In this document: positions 1 through 10,615 of the stretch, in pieces
How positions within the stretch are numbered: position 1 is the stretch's first letter
Layout: each line of letters opens with the position of its first letter
NCBI GenBank assembly: GCA_964432625.1
Contig: CAYSOH010000001.1
Location: forward strand, 1-39,718
Direction: 5' to 3'
Source: an uncultured archaeon
Lineage (GTDB): Archaea; Thermoplasmatota; Poseidoniia; MGIII; CG-Epi1
Length of the DNA stretch: 39,718 nucleotides
Program-made: the position numbers and the translations under genes
The notes under the pieces: model-generated
The model's database searches: none
Told to the model about the DNA's origin: nothing
Seen by the model: only the letters and a program-made list of their open reading frames with translations

Positions 1-1639
1 CATCCTTAGTAATTGCTTTGAAAGGTTCTAAAAGTTGTAATCTTCTGCTTGATGAGGATACTTCCAAATCAACATCTTCATCAGATGGTGCGATAAAACC
101 AACCAAACTAGATTCAAATCCTTTCGAGGGTAATTCAGAACCAGTAGGAGCTTCCAAAGAGAATTCAGAACCGTCTGCTGCAGTCAATTTATCTTTTTGA
201 GGATTGAAATCGAGGCTACCTGCAAGAGCCATTGCTGTAACTATCTCTGGACTTGTAAGAAACGATAATGTTTGGTGATTTCCATCATTTCTTCCACTGA
301 AATTCCTGTTGTAGGATGATACTATCGAATTTACCTCTCCCTCAGTAATATCTTCTCGTTTCCACTGCCCAATGCATGGTCCACAAGCGTTTGCCAGCAC
401 AGTTCCTCCTATATCGTCCAGAAGTTGCATCTGGCCGTCTCTTCGAATTGTCTGATCTATAGTATCTGAACCTGGTGTCACCATGAACTGGACTTTCGAT
501 TTTATTCCGGCTGATTTTGCCTGCTTTGCCACAGAAGCGGCTCTTTCCATGTCCTCATAGGAAGAATTTGTACAGGAACCAATCAATGCCGCTTTGATAT
601 CTGTCGGCCAGCCTTTGTTCTTCGCTTCCTGGCCTAAATCTGATACTGAACGTGCGAGATCAGGACTGTGAGGGCCTACAATCATTGGCTCTAATTCTGA
701 AAGATTAATCTCAATAATTCTATCATAGAATTTTTCTGGGTTGTCTGAAACCTCTGGGTCTGACATCAATAATGATGAATTCTTATTAGCTAATTCTGAA
801 ACACCTGAACGACCTGTGGCATCCAAGTATCGTGACATGCTGTCATCAAATGGGAATAATGAAGTAGTTGCACCTACTTCGGCTCCCATGTTGCAAATTG
901 TCCCTTTACCGGTACAAGAAATAGAAGAAGTGCCTGATCCAAAATATTCGACAATATGGCTTGTACCTCCTTTAACTGTCAATTCCTCGCAAACTTTCAG
1001 AATTACATCCTTAGGAGACGTCCATCCTGATAATTCCCCTGTTAAGTGAACTCCAATCAATCCTGGCCAACGTATTGTGAAAGGTAAACCTGCCATGACT
1101 TCCATTGCATCTGCTCCACCGACTCCTATCGCAACCATCCCCAGCCCTCCTGCATTAGGTGTGTGTGAATCCGTTCCAATCATCATTCCTCCAGGGAATG
1201 CATAATTCTCTAGAACAACCTGATGAATTATCCCTGCACCAGGTTCCCAGAATCCCACGTCATACTTGGCAGAAGCTGATTTTAGAAAAGCAAATACTTC
1301 AGAACTTTCCTGATTTGCGTCTGCCAGATCACTATCTCTTCCAACTCTTGCCTGTATCAGGTGATCACAATGTACTGTAGATGGAACTGCTACCTTGGAA
1401 CGACCTGTCAATGCAAACTGTAGTAGGGCCATTTGAGCCGTTGCATCCTGCATCGCTACTCTATCTGGTTGAAGTTCAACGTAGGATTTGCCTCTGGTAG
1501 GAACTTCGTCTAAATTTAGAAGATGGCCAAACAGTATTTTCTCGGCCAATGTCAAAGGCCTTCCCAATAGCTTCCTAGCTTCTTGATGTTTCTCGGACAT
1601 CGTGCGATAAAGCTTCTCTACTTGGTCCAAATCGAACAT
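1..1639 (-). CDS. acnA: aconitate hydratase (mitochondrial/bacterial type); the C-terminal end runs off the left window edge
   Basis: Absent from the ORF track because it has no stop in the window. My translation of the minus strand from ATG 1639..1637 gives [11 protein letters not shown]...[15 protein letters not shown]...[19 protein letters not shown]...HCDHLI...[14 protein letters not shown]...[15 protein letters not shown]...[13 protein letters not shown]...RLQLLEPF. These are the aconitase Fe-S ligand motifs in canonical order. Confidence 0.9.
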   Translation of the reverse strand, partial: MFDLDQVEKLYRTMSEKHQEARKLLGRPLTLAEKILFGHLLNLDEVPTRGKSYVELQPDRVAMQDATAQMALLQFALTGRSKVAVPSTVHCDHLIQARVGRDSDLADANQESSEVFAFLKSASAKYDVGFWEPGAGIIHQVVLENYAFPGGMMIGTDSHTPNAGGLGMVAIGVGGADAMEVMAGLPFTIRWPGLIGVHLTGELSGWTSPKDVILKVCEELTVKGGTSHIVEYFGSGTSSISCTGKGTICNMGAEVGATTSLFPFDDSMSRYLDATGRSGVSELANKNSSLLMSDPEVSDNPEKFYDRIIEINLSELEPMIVGPHSPDLARSVSDLGQEAKNKGWPTDIKAALIGSCTNSSYEDMERAASVAKQAKSAGIKSKVQFMVTPGSDTIDQTIRRDGQMQLLDDIGGTVLANACGPCIGQWKREDITEGEVNSIVSSYNRNFSGRNDGNHQTLSFLTSPEIVTAMALAGSLDFNPQKDKLTAADGSEFSLEAPTGSELPSKGFESSLVGFIAPSDEDVDLEVSSSSRRLQLLEPFKAITKD

Positions 1640-1663
1640 CGTATTTCCTATTGTAAGGTGTAA

Positions 1664-1867
1664 TTATAGATTGTCTTCTTCATCCTCTATTACAACTGCC
1701 ATTGCCCAAAAAACTGCTGCCAACACCCAGAATAGGAAGGCACATGGAAGTCGTAGCGAACGCCCAGATGCAGGAACAATATAATCCTCATCTCCCCACA
1801 TTATCAGAATTCCTGCAATCACACATATGCCTGACAAAATGTATGACATTAACTCTGTAAAATCCAT
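1664..1867 (-). CDS. small hydrophobic membrane protein (hypothetical)
   Basis: Two hydrophobic helices. The internal ATG at 1867..1865 overlaps the TAA of the upstream oxidoreductase (TAATG), suggesting translational coupling. The track ORF extends to a TTG at 1882. Confidence 0.45.
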   Translation of the reverse strand: MDFTELMSYILSGICVIAGILIMWGDEDYIVPASGRSLRLPCAFLFWVLAAVFWAMAVVIEDEEDNL

Positions 1868-2973
1868 TACCAAGAATCCCAAATGGTCTTTTTGGCCATC
1901 TCAATTGAATAGAATGTGTTATAGATAAGAGATTTTTTCCATCCACTTGGATTTATTTCTTCCCAGTCTACCTCATCTCCTTCCTTCACTTTTCTCATAC
2001 CATATTCAAATGCTTTATTACCTAACAAAGCAAATATTCCTCTTCGAGCAATATCGGCCTTTTTCCTTTCTTTGAATTGTGCTTTCCACAATTTATCATA
2101 ATCCTGAGAGTGCGATATAGCTCGCTGGGCAAGAACTCCAGATTCAATTGCATAATTCATCCCAAATCCTCTCCACGGATCTTGAAAACCTGCAGCTTCT
2201 CCTGTGTGGTAAACTCCATCTTTTATTGCAGTTTTAGGAAAGTGAACTCCACCCTGACCACCAACAGTACCTGTGGGTTTAGCACCGTCAATTATATCTC
2301 TCAAAACAGGGCGCTCCTCTACTGCCTTATACAGCAATTTTCTGACCTTCTTAGCGTGTGGTTTTGAACAACAATTCATCACTTTTATTGTATCCTTATC
2401 CATTGGAATTATGTACAGATACCAGCCTCGTGGTGAGTATTTCTCATCGTGCATGTACAGAAACTGATCTCTTGGAAAATCAGAATTCTCATAATAAGCA
2501 CCAAAAGCTGCCATATCTGTTCGGTAAGAACCTGCTGACATAATGTCACCTGGACGTGCCTTAGGTCGTGATTTGAAGTGGAAATCAACACCTAAATCTT
2601 CTGCTTGTTTGGATAGGCCTCTTTCAAGAGAATTTTCTCCACCTCTAAGTATTAGAGGGAGAGGTTCTTTCAATGATATCGTAAAATCCCGTTTTTGTGT
2701 ACAGCATAGGAATTTTTTTGCATCCTTATACTGAAACTCTGGATTTAGACCCCACCTATTCAAGTATGATTTAGCATCTGACTCGGAAGCTGGAGTAGAT
2801 GGGCTCTCCTTTAGAAGAACTTGATAATTCGGATGGAACTGCATGCCGATATCTTCTCTAGCCTCATGCACCTCTACTTTTTCATCATTTTTAGCAAAAT
2901 TTATGGCTGCTGCAAGTCCTGAAAGACCTCCACCAATTACTCTCCGAGGAGAGCTTCCGTTGTTGCTGTTCAT
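1867..2973 (-). CDS. FAD-dependent oxidoreductase, geranylgeranyl-reductase family paralogue
   Basis: N-terminal dinucleotide fold VIGGGLSGLAAA. C-terminal GEAAGFQDPWRGFGMNYAIESG matches the GDAAG..P..G.G flavin motif of this family. Confidence 0.7.
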   Translation of the reverse strand: MNSNNGSSPRRVIGGGLSGLAAAINFAKNDEKVEVHEAREDIGMQFHPNYQVLLKESPSTPASESDAKSYLNRWGLNPEFQYKDAKKFLCCTQKRDFTISLKEPLPLILRGGENSLERGLSKQAEDLGVDFHFKSRPKARPGDIMSAGSYRTDMAAFGAYYENSDFPRDQFLYMHDEKYSPRGWYLYIIPMDKDTIKVMNCCSKPHAKKVRKLLYKAVEERPVLRDIIDGAKPTGTVGGQGGVHFPKTAIKDGVYHTGEAAGFQDPWRGFGMNYAIESGVLAQRAISHSQDYDKLWKAQFKERKKADIARRGIFALLGNKAFEYGMRKVKEGDEVDWEEINPSGWKKSLIYNTFYSIEMAKKTIWDSW

Positions 2974-3065
2974 AAAACCAATGACTATCAGATTAGAATA
3001 GGTCTTAAAGTTCTATTGCCATTTTTAGTAAAATATTATTAAAGACGGATTATGCTGATGGTAAA

Positions 3066-4436
3066 ATGAACACCAAAAGTCAAAACTTCTGGGAAGAGGA
3101 AATAGAATCTGGACCAATCCCTGAAGATGAATCTGCATTTGATGTAATTGTTGTTGGAGGGGGACCAGCAGGTTCTGCGGCCGCATCCTATGCCTCACTT
3201 GATGGAAACAAGGTTTTGTTGCTTGAGAAATCAAACTATCCTAAAGACAAAACATGTGGTGATGCGGTTGGTGGAAAATCATTGAGCCATGTTGAAGAAC
3301 TTGGAGTAGATAAAAAATTAAAATCAACCCCGCATTTCGAATTTGATAGTGTTATTTTCAGCAGCCCCAGTGGCGATGAATTCAAGGTAGAACTACCACA
3401 TGAGGAATTAGCAGGATATGTATTTCCTAGAATTCAATTTGATTGGGTACTATTCCAAAGGGCAGTTGAATTGGTGAGAAAGAATGGAGGAAATGTCATT
3501 CAAGATTTTAAGGTAAAAGAAATGGTATACGAGAATGTGGATGGAGGTGGGGATCCTGGCATTAAATCTGGAGACAAAAGAAAGATAATCGGCGTTAAGG
3601 GGGAACACAACGGGAAAACATTAGAATATCATGCACCCTTAACAATCGGTGCGGGAGGAGTCTATTGTCCTGTTGCTGATTCACTAATTAGAGAAACTTA
3701 CGACCAAGATTTGGTAGACAAAGAGAAAAAACATTACAGTGCGGCTTTCCGACAATATTGGAAAGGCGTAAGTGGTGTCGATCACAAAATGGGCGCTATA
3801 GAATTTCATTATGTTGAAGGTGTTTTACCAGGATATTTCTGGATATTCCCAATTGGAAATGGAATAAGCAACGTTGGTTTTGGTATGGCACTAGCGGATA
3901 TTTACAAACAGGAAAAGAAATTAAGAGGATTGCAAGAATTTGTAATAAATGGAAAATTTGCAGAACGATTCAAGGATGCTGAACTTATTAGCGGAAGCAG
4001 CAAAGGTTGGCAGCTTCCTCTTGGTTCTCCAAGAAAAATAGATACCAAACCACGAAGATCATTTGGAAATGGATGTATGTTAGTTGGTGATTCAGCAAGC
4101 TTAGTTGATCCTTTTACCGGTGAAGGAATCGGAAATGCGCTGCTGTCTGCAAAATTATCAGTAAGTTTCTTTGACAAAATTGTGGATAGAAATGGTTTTC
4201 CACTTGAAAAAGGGATGAATTATCAGAAAAAGTTGTGGAATGTGCTAGGAAAAGAATTGACTAATTCGTACAAATTACAAAATTATACTCGAAGAAAATG
4301 GCTAGTCAATTGGTTCGTAAGAAAAGCAAAGAAGAAACAAGAATTAAGACAATTGTTGACTGAGAGTTTGACGTCCAGAGAGGCTCAAGTAAAATTAACA
4401 AGTCCTTGGCTTCTGTTCAGATATCTAGTCTTCTGA
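3066..4436 (+). CDS. geranylgeranyl reductase family protein (archaeal lipid/prenyl reductase)
   Basis: DVIVVGGGPAGSAAA...EKSNYPKDKTCGDAV...VGDSASLVDPFTGEGIGNAL. Divergent from its paralogue at 1867..2973. Confidence 0.85.
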   Translation: MNTKSQNFWEEEIESGPIPEDESAFDVIVVGGGPAGSAAASYASLDGNKVLLLEKSNYPKDKTCGDAVGGKSLSHVEELGVDKKLKSTPHFEFDSVIFSSPSGDEFKVELPHEELAGYVFPRIQFDWVLFQRAVELVRKNGGNVIQDFKVKEMVYENVDGGGDPGIKSGDKRKIIGVKGEHNGKTLEYHAPLTIGAGGVYCPVADSLIRETYDQDLVDKEKKHYSAAFRQYWKGVSGVDHKMGAIEFHYVEGVLPGYFWIFPIGNGISNVGFGMALADIYKQEKKLRGLQEFVINGKFAERFKDAELISGSSKGWQLPLGSPRKIDTKPRRSFGNGCMLVGDSASLVDPFTGEGIGNALLSAKLSVSFFDKIVDRNGFPLEKGMNYQKKLWNVLGKELTNSYKLQNYTRRKWLVNWFVRKAKKKQELRQLLTESLTSREAQVKLTSPWLLFRYLVF

Positions 4437-5249
4437 AGCTGCATCAACAGTATTGGACATCAGCATCGCTACTGTCATAGGGCCTACGCCCCCAGGAACT
4501 GGAGTTAATTGACCTGCGACATTCTGAACATCAGAAGAAACATCACCAACAAGACCACTATCAGTACGATTTACTCCTACATCTATCACAACTGCACCTG
4601 ATTTGACCATATCTCCTGTAATTGTATCTGGACGGCCTACTGCTACAATCAGAATATCTGCCTCCTTGCAAAAACCTTTGAGATTTGAAGTTCGACTGTG
4701 ACAAAGGGTTACTGTGGCATCCACACCTTTCTGAGACAAAAGTAAGGACAATGGTTTACCCACAATTGTGCTTCTTCCAACAATCACTACATTCTTTCCT
4801 TCGGGATTGTTACCTGATCTGTAAAGTAATTCAACTACTCCAGCTGGAGTGCATGGTCTCATAGATGGTTTACCCTGAACAAGTTTACCTAAATTGAATG
4901 GATGAAATCCATCAACATCCTTATCTGGATTAATCTCATTCAATACTCCATCCAATCCTTCAGGAAGTGGAAGTTGAACTATTATTCCATTTTCGCTTGA
5001 ATTCAGATTAGTTACGAGGCTGCTCAACTCTGATTCTGTAGTTTCTATAGGTAGATGGTGATGTGTTAATTCAATTCCAACCCTTTCTGCAGCATTAGAT
5101 TTTGCTTTTATGTAAGAAGTCGAAGCAGGATCATCTCCTACCTGCACAACAGATAGTCTAGGTTTCTTACTCATTTTAGAGACTTTGATTTTCAATTCAG
5201 ATTCAATATCCTGAGCTATTTTCTTTCCATCAATATTAGTCGCACTCAT
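4425..5249 (-). CDS. folD: bifunctional methylenetetrahydrofolate dehydrogenase/cyclohydrolase
   Basis: Full-length FolD pattern: IDGKKIAQDI, VQVGDDPASTSYIKAK, DVDGFHPFNLGKL, CTPAGV, VVIVGRSTIVGKP, PVPGGVGPMTVAML. Confidence 0.95.
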   Translation of the reverse strand: MSATNIDGKKIAQDIESELKIKVSKMSKKPRLSVVQVGDDPASTSYIKAKSNAAERVGIELTHHHLPIETTESELSSLVTNLNSSENGIIVQLPLPEGLDGVLNEINPDKDVDGFHPFNLGKLVQGKPSMRPCTPAGVVELLYRSGNNPEGKNVVIVGRSTIVGKPLSLLLSQKGVDATVTLCHSRTSNLKGFCKEADILIVAVGRPDTITGDMVKSGAVVIDVGVNRTDSGLVGDVSSDVQNVAGQLTPVPGGVGPMTVAMLMSNTVDAASED

Positions 5250-5707
5250 TCTAGTTCCTCCAGATTATACAATTCAACTTCTATACGGGGACCATCACCT
5301 TGCGCAGCTATTCTTTTTCTTATAATCAATTCAGATATTTGACCATCATCATGATACAATACACCACTCAAACCATCTTTGACGGACTTGGCGATGTTAT
5401 CTGCATCTGGCCTCTTGGAATGGTGCTCTTCGGGTCTTGGAGTTTTTACTCTCCACTTACTTTTAGGACATGGGAAATAAGCAAGAATCTGCATACCTAA
5501 AGGGCCTTCGAACATTCCTTCAAGGCCTGCCTCCTCTCTTGCTTTTTGTGCAATGTATGCAATATCTGCCTTGTAAACTTTACTGGGTTTTGGGTCCGTA
5601 GCGACAACAAAATTACCTTTTCTGTAAAAGCGTGGGCGGCCTTGAGCAACTGGTTTTCCAGGCAATATGAAATTTATACGCACAATGTGTGTATAGGGCG
5701 GGTACAA
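5246..5707 (-). CDS. rusA: RusA-family crossover junction endodeoxyribonuclease
   Basis: LPGKPVAQGRPRF near the N-terminus and acidic block RPDADNIAKSVKDGLSGVLYHDDGQISEL. The TGA overlaps the folD ATG (ATGA). The start is uncertain: TTG at 5707 or GTG at 5683. Confidence 0.75.
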   Translation of the reverse strand: MYPPYTHIVRINFILPGKPVAQGRPRFYRKGNFVVATDPKPSKVYKADIAYIAQKAREEAGLEGMFEGPLGMQILAYFPCPKSKWRVKTPRPEEHHSKRPDADNIAKSVKDGLSGVLYHDDGQISELIIRKRIAAQGDGPRIEVELYNLEELE

Positions 5708-5726
5708 AAGTGCCTTTGTATGACCA

Positions 5727-5740
5727 TATGATTTTAATTA
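5727..5740. promoter_or_regulatory. TATA-like AT-rich element in the 54-nt divergent spacer (rusA-like / ABCE1)
   Basis: tatgattttaatta is centred about 27 nt upstream of the ABCE1 ATG (5762) and about 27 nt from the TTG at 5707. This spacing fits leaderless or short-leader archaeal promoters. Confidence 0.3.
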
Positions 5741-5761
5741 GGAGCGGAAGAGCGGGCTACA

Positions 5762-7522
5762 ATGCGTGTAGCTGTACTTCATGAAGACAGATGCCAACCA
5801 AAGAAGTGTCAGAATGAATGCTATAATTTCTGTCCCCCTGTTAGAAATGGGATTGAAGTTATAACTTGGAGAAAAGACAGCAAACCTATCGTATCTGAAC
5901 CATTGTGCATAGGATGTGGGATATGTGTACACAAATGTCCTCATGACGCATTGACTATCGTGAATCTACCAGATGAACAGGAAAAGGATACTATCCACAG
6001 ATATGGGATGAATGAATTCAGGTTGTTTGGATTACCTACACCTGAAGAAGGAAGTGTTATTGGAATACTTGGAGCAAATGGTACTGGCAAAACTACAGCG
6101 ATTTCTCTATTAGCAGGAGAAATTACACCAAATCTGGGGGATTGGGAAAATGAAGGACTGTGGGAAGATGTCATTGATTATTATGCAGGAAGTGAAATTC
6201 AGAAGCATTTTGTAGGATTATCAAGTGGAAATGTAAAAATTGCACTGAAACCACAATATGTTGATCGTATACCTAAAATGTTTGATGGAACGCTTCGAGA
6301 ATTGCTGGAAAAAGTTGCGAATCCTGAGAAAGTTAATGAATTTGCTGAAAGAATCAATCTGACCAGTCTCGACAAAAAACTGAATGAGGTTTCTGGGGGA
6401 GAACTTCAGAAAGGAGCTATTGCAGCAACACTTCTGAAAGAAGCTGATCTATATTTCTTTGATGAACCTTCATCATATTTAGATATCGAACAAAGAATAT
6501 TGGTAGCCAGAATGATATCTGAACTAGGGGAAACAAAGAGTGTTGTGGTTATCGAACACGATCTCGCAATTCTAGACTATGTTACTAACAACATCCACAT
6601 AATGTATGGAAGCCCAAATGCCTATGGAATTGTTTCACAAAAGTTGGCTGTTAGAAACGCAATCAATACCTATTTAGATGGATATATCCAAGAATCAAAC
6701 GTAAGAATAAGAGATAGTCAGATAAAATTCCTTAAACATCCACCAAGAACGGGATGGGATGGAGAAGTGCTCGTTAAATGGCCAAAATTATCAAAGAAAA
6801 TGGGTGACTTTGAACTAGAGGCTAAGGCTGGTGAGATTCTAGGTGGACAAGTATTAGGAGTCGTGGGTGGAAATGCAACTGGGAAGACAACATTTGTCAG
6901 AATGCTAGCCAATAATCTAAAACCTGATGAAGGTGAGATAGACGCTGAAATAACTGTTTCCTACAAACCTCAATATATTGAAGTGCCTGAGAACACAAAT
7001 GTGTCTGATCTTTTACAGTCTGTTTCAGGATACGATGAACATTTCCTAGAAACTGAACTTTCAAGACCATTGAATTTAGAACCACTAATGGATAGAGAAC
7101 TACAAACACTATCTGGTGGAGAATTACAAAGAGTTGCCGTGGCTGAATGTTTGCTCAGGGATGCCGATTTGTATCTTCTGGATGAGCCTTCTGCATATCT
7201 CGATGCGAATCAAAGAATGGTGACGGCAAAGACGATAAGGAGAGCAATGGAGCAGAGAGGAAAATCTGCCTTGGTTGTAGACCATGATGTTTATTTTATT
7301 GACTATATTTCTGATGGATTACTATGCTTTGGAGGAATACCAAGCAAAGAAGGAAATGTAGAAGGGCCATACAATATGAGAAAGGGGATGAATACGTTCC
7401 TAAGCAAAGTTGGAGTTACTTTCAGGCGTGATAAAAATACTCATAGGCCTCGAATCAATAAACCTGGTTCTCGGTTAGATAGACAACAAAAAAGTAAGAA
7501 AGAATACTACTATTCTAATTAG
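5762..7522 (+). CDS. ABCE1: ABCE1 / RNase L inhibitor-type ribosome recycling ATPase
   Basis: N-terminal Fe-S motifs CQPKKCQNECYNFCP and CIGCGICVHKCP. Two nucleotide-binding domains (GANGTGKTT, GGNATGKTT) and two LSGGELQ signatures. Confidence 0.95.
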   Translation: MRVAVLHEDRCQPKKCQNECYNFCPPVRNGIEVITWRKDSKPIVSEPLCIGCGICVHKCPHDALTIVNLPDEQEKDTIHRYGMNEFRLFGLPTPEEGSVIGILGANGTGKTTAISLLAGEITPNLGDWENEGLWEDVIDYYAGSEIQKHFVGLSSGNVKIALKPQYVDRIPKMFDGTLRELLEKVANPEKVNEFAERINLTSLDKKLNEVSGGELQKGAIAATLLKEADLYFFDEPSSYLDIEQRILVARMISELGETKSVVVIEHDLAILDYVTNNIHIMYGSPNAYGIVSQKLAVRNAINTYLDGYIQESNVRIRDSQIKFLKHPPRTGWDGEVLVKWPKLSKKMGDFELEAKAGEILGGQVLGVVGGNATGKTTFVRMLANNLKPDEGEIDAEITVSYKPQYIEVPENTNVSDLLQSVSGYDEHFLETELSRPLNLEPLMDRELQTLSGGELQRVAVAECLLRDADLYLLDEPSAYLDANQRMVTAKTIRRAMEQRGKSALVVDHDVYFIDYISDGLLCFGGIPSKEGNVEGPYNMRKGMNTFLSKVGVTFRRDKNTHRPRINKPGSRLDRQQKSKKEYYYSN

Positions 7523-7557
7523 AGATTACATTTATTTCAGGGCCTCAATGAGCTATC

Positions 7558-10218
7558 GTGATACAGAAGACCCTAGAGAACGGAGTTCAGATTTATACGA
7601 ACATAATTATGAGGCATGCATTGATTACAATTTTAGTTCTCTCTCTAATTACCATTACATTCCTGAAAGCTGCACTAACGTTTGAAGAGAACATGACTCG
7701 TGATATAGAGGTCTATCTTCCTGATGGTGAAGAATCAACAAAGGTTTTGCTTGAAGTTAGAGAGGACTGGGCAACTGACTTGATAATTGTATATATTGAA
7801 ACTCCCAACGCCAAAAATCCTGATTATTTTAGTGATCCTGTTGTAGACAATATAACCTATGTCCCAACATTGTTAGAATTTGCCCTTCTGGAGCAAACTA
7901 TTGATCCCTATGGTCAAAATGTTGACTTGGAAGAAGGAGAACCTCATCAGGCTGACAGAGGAGAAAAGGACGGGATAATTTTCACTTTAAGTATTTCGAC
8001 ACTCATAAAAGAATTTAATTCAACAAATGCTCGTTTCATAGAAGCGACTGAAGACAAATTAGTGGGTGGTTTGAGCATAGAAGAAAATGATGATGAGGCT
8101 GTAAAAGAAACGGGAACATACGAAATACCAAATTATAGTGACCCCGATAGATCTCAGGAAAGGGTAGATCAGATTTATGACAGTACGTCTTCTGCACTAC
8201 AAAATTTTGCAATTGACACCAATGAAGATGGAATCATAGATACTGCAGTTATCCTATTTGCACTCAAAGCTCAAGGTGACAATAACGATGAAGCTCAAGA
8301 GGAAATGATTTCAAAAATACAACAGCATATCGATGAAAGACAATGTGCAGATCCAAATGACTGTACAGAAATGACACAGACTGGATTAGTTGTTGTACTT
8401 CATGAAGTCACTGCAAGATTGTATGAAGATCTTCTAACAATGTTACCAATGTCTCTGGGCATAGTTATAGGATTAATGTTGTTATTTCACAGGAACTGGC
8501 TAGCAATACCTGTAGTTCTTGTCCCAATTTTCTGTTCCCTGATATGGACTTTAGGGATTATTAGGCTTTCAGGAGTAGTACTTACACCTATGATTGTGGC
8601 TGCTGGACCAATCCTAGTCGGAATCGGTGTGGATTATGGATTACATGTAGCTAATAGAATTGTAGAATTCAAAGATGAAGGAAGGAAAATGCCGAGAGCT
8701 ACATTTCTGGCCTTGCTCACAACCGGAAAGGCCACTCTTCTATGTGCAATAACTGATACTATCGGTTTCTCTGCTTTGTTTATTTCACCGATAGAACCTA
8801 TGAGAACCGTTGGATTGACAATGATTGTCGGTGTGGCATGTGCTTTCTTCCTAACAGTAAGCATGACTCCAGCTATAATGAAAATTACAAATTACTCAAA
8901 ACATAAATCAAAAGGATGGACAAGCATAGCTGTCTTTTCAACAAAACAGTGGAAAGCCATACTAGTCATATTACTTCTTACAACAACTTATTCAATTGCA
9001 CGAATATCTGTAATGGATCAAGATATCAAAGGAAACGAATCTGCTCCAGATGAAATTGATTCCATTAAGAAATTGGGTGAATATTCTGAAAAATTCGAGG
9101 CCGGACAAACGGGGATATTACTGATAAATGGTCCTGAAAACCGACCAAAACCAGCTGCCAAGGATTTAGATGTACTGGATATAATGAATTGGACGCAAGG
9201 TGAAATCAATGACATATCTGTTTCAAATAGAAATACTGGTGATTTAATCAATATTTCTGCTTTCTCAATAGTTGATTTCTTCAAATCTGCACACGTCAAT
9301 TTTGTTATAGAAGACCTAAATGGAGATCCTGTATTCGAATATGATGGAACCTTCTGGGAATTTCTACATAGTGATTTCTTTGGAGAAAATTACACTTGGG
9401 TTGACATAAATCCGGTATACAGTAGGGAACAGCTTAGATCAGATATGATTGATGTTTTCTACGAATCATTCACTGATGAAATGCGCTCAATGCTGCTTAC
9501 TGATGAATATGATAAGGCGCTAATTTACATTAGCATGCCCTATGTCAATATAGATGACACCACAATAATAGTCAATAAAATAGATGAAATAGCTATAATC
9601 AGAGACAAACAAATGCACATAGAGGATGCAAAGATGTCTACTCTTACTGGTGGTCCACCTGTAACTATCGCTATAAACGAAGGAATTCAAAATACACAAT
9701 TTGACACCATCGCCTTGAGTCTAGTTCTTGTTCTAATCACAATGATGATTATTTTTAAATCTCCAAAGTTTGGTTTTATAACTTTCCTACCAATTTTCCT
9801 CGTTATTCTTTGGTATCCTGCAACTGTTGATGCTGGAGGAACAAATCTGAACATTTTCACGGCTATGGTAGGTACTATAATCATAGGTATAGGTATTGAT
9901 AATTCAATTCAAATCACAGAGAGAGTCAGGGAAGAAGGAACGCATCCTGAAGGAATACAGAAAGCTGTTGAAAACACTGGTCAATCTGTTGTGGAAGCAA
10001 CCTTCACAACAATGGGAGGTGTTTTCTCGGGAGTCATTATTTCTCTTTATAGAACACAGTTTGTAGGGCTTAGAAATTTCTTTGGACTTATTATCACACT
10101 GGTACTTTTCTCTCTATTGATGGCTGTTTTTGCTCTTCCAAGCTTTTACCATGCTCTGCACTATCTAAAACAAAAGTATGCTGAGAGAAATTGGAAAATA
10201 AGGACCAGATTTAACTAG
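7558..10218 (+). CDS. RND-superfamily (MMPL/HAE3-like) membrane exporter
   Basis: Two 5-6 helix bundles, each preceded by a large soluble loop. RND-type motifs GIGVDYGLH and GIGIDNSIQ. The start is GTG 7558, with ATG 7609 as an alternative. Confidence 0.75.
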   Translation: MIQKTLENGVQIYTNIIMRHALITILVLSLITITFLKAALTFEENMTRDIEVYLPDGEESTKVLLEVREDWATDLIIVYIETPNAKNPDYFSDPVVDNITYVPTLLEFALLEQTIDPYGQNVDLEEGEPHQADRGEKDGIIFTLSISTLIKEFNSTNARFIEATEDKLVGGLSIEENDDEAVKETGTYEIPNYSDPDRSQERVDQIYDSTSSALQNFAIDTNEDGIIDTAVILFALKAQGDNNDEAQEEMISKIQQHIDERQCADPNDCTEMTQTGLVVVLHEVTARLYEDLLTMLPMSLGIVIGLMLLFHRNWLAIPVVLVPIFCSLIWTLGIIRLSGVVLTPMIVAAGPILVGIGVDYGLHVANRIVEFKDEGRKMPRATFLALLTTGKATLLCAITDTIGFSALFISPIEPMRTVGLTMIVGVACAFFLTVSMTPAIMKITNYSKHKSKGWTSIAVFSTKQWKAILVILLLTTTYSIARISVMDQDIKGNESAPDEIDSIKKLGEYSEKFEAGQTGILLINGPENRPKPAAKDLDVLDIMNWTQGEINDISVSNRNTGDLINISAFSIVDFFKSAHVNFVIEDLNGDPVFEYDGTFWEFLHSDFFGENYTWVDINPVYSREQLRSDMIDVFYESFTDEMRSMLLTDEYDKALIYISMPYVNIDDTTIIVNKIDEIAIIRDKQMHIEDAKMSTLTGGPPVTIAINEGIQNTQFDTIALSLVLVLITMMIIFKSPKFGFITFLPIFLVILWYPATVDAGGTNLNIFTAMVGTIIIGIGIDNSIQITERVREEGTHPEGIQKAVENTGQSVVEATFTTMGGVFSGVIISLYRTQFVGLRNFFGLIITLVLFSLLMAVFALPSFYHALHYLKQKYAERNWKIRTRFN

Positions 10219-10615
10219 ATAGCATATCTCGCAAGGCGAGAATTGCTTTCCTTGCATAAGGTTTCAAACGATCATTGATATGTTCCATTTTAGCCCCTGG
10301 GCCTATGATTCCATAACCAATAGGTTTCATCGAAGCTAATTGAAGGTCTATTATCCCCTTAGTCACTGCATGACCCATTACCAAACCATGATCTGTCTCT
10401 CCTTTCTCAATTATTCCAAGAACAATAGCGCCATCTATAGATTCTCGGAGCAGTAAACGCTTCAGTTGTAAAGGAACCTCCATCGATCCAGGAACCCAAC
10501 AGATTTCCTCTAAAATCATGTCATTCTCTGAGGCCGTAATCTTTGCTTCTTCAACCATCTGTTCAACAAGTTCCTTATGAAAACTACCTGCCACTATTGC
10601 TATTGAATTAGCCAT
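10211..10615 (-). CDS. ribH: 6,7-dimethyl-8-ribityllumazine synthase
   Basis: VPGSMEVPLQLKRLL and GETDHGLVMGHAVTKGIIDL...GIIGPG match the archaeal lumazine synthase pattern. Lies in the rib operon. Confidence 0.85.
   Translation of the reverse strand: MANSIAIVAGSFHKELVEQMVEEAKITASENDMILEEICWVPGSMEVPLQLKRLLLRESIDGAIVLGIIEKGETDHGLVMGHAVTKGIIDLQLASMKPIGYGIIGPGAKMEHINDRLKPYARKAILALRDMLSS

Noticed and set aside
18-1380. Track ORFs 18..200, 741..1049 and 1159..1380 (+).
   Set aside because: All lie antisense to or out of frame with the long aconitase reading frame on the minus strand. That frame has unmistakable family motifs across the whole interval.
5246-5707. The RusA gene as a marker of an integrated prophage or island.
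   Set aside because: Both flanks are core housekeeping genes (folD, ABCE1) with operon-style overlap. No other phage-like ORF occurs within 10 kb.
7547-7690. A short ATG-initiated ORF (about 45 codons) overlapping the 5' end of the RND gene in another frame.
   Set aside because: It has low-complexity, Tyr/Asn-rich composition and no motif. The RND frame gives a sensible N-terminal helix.
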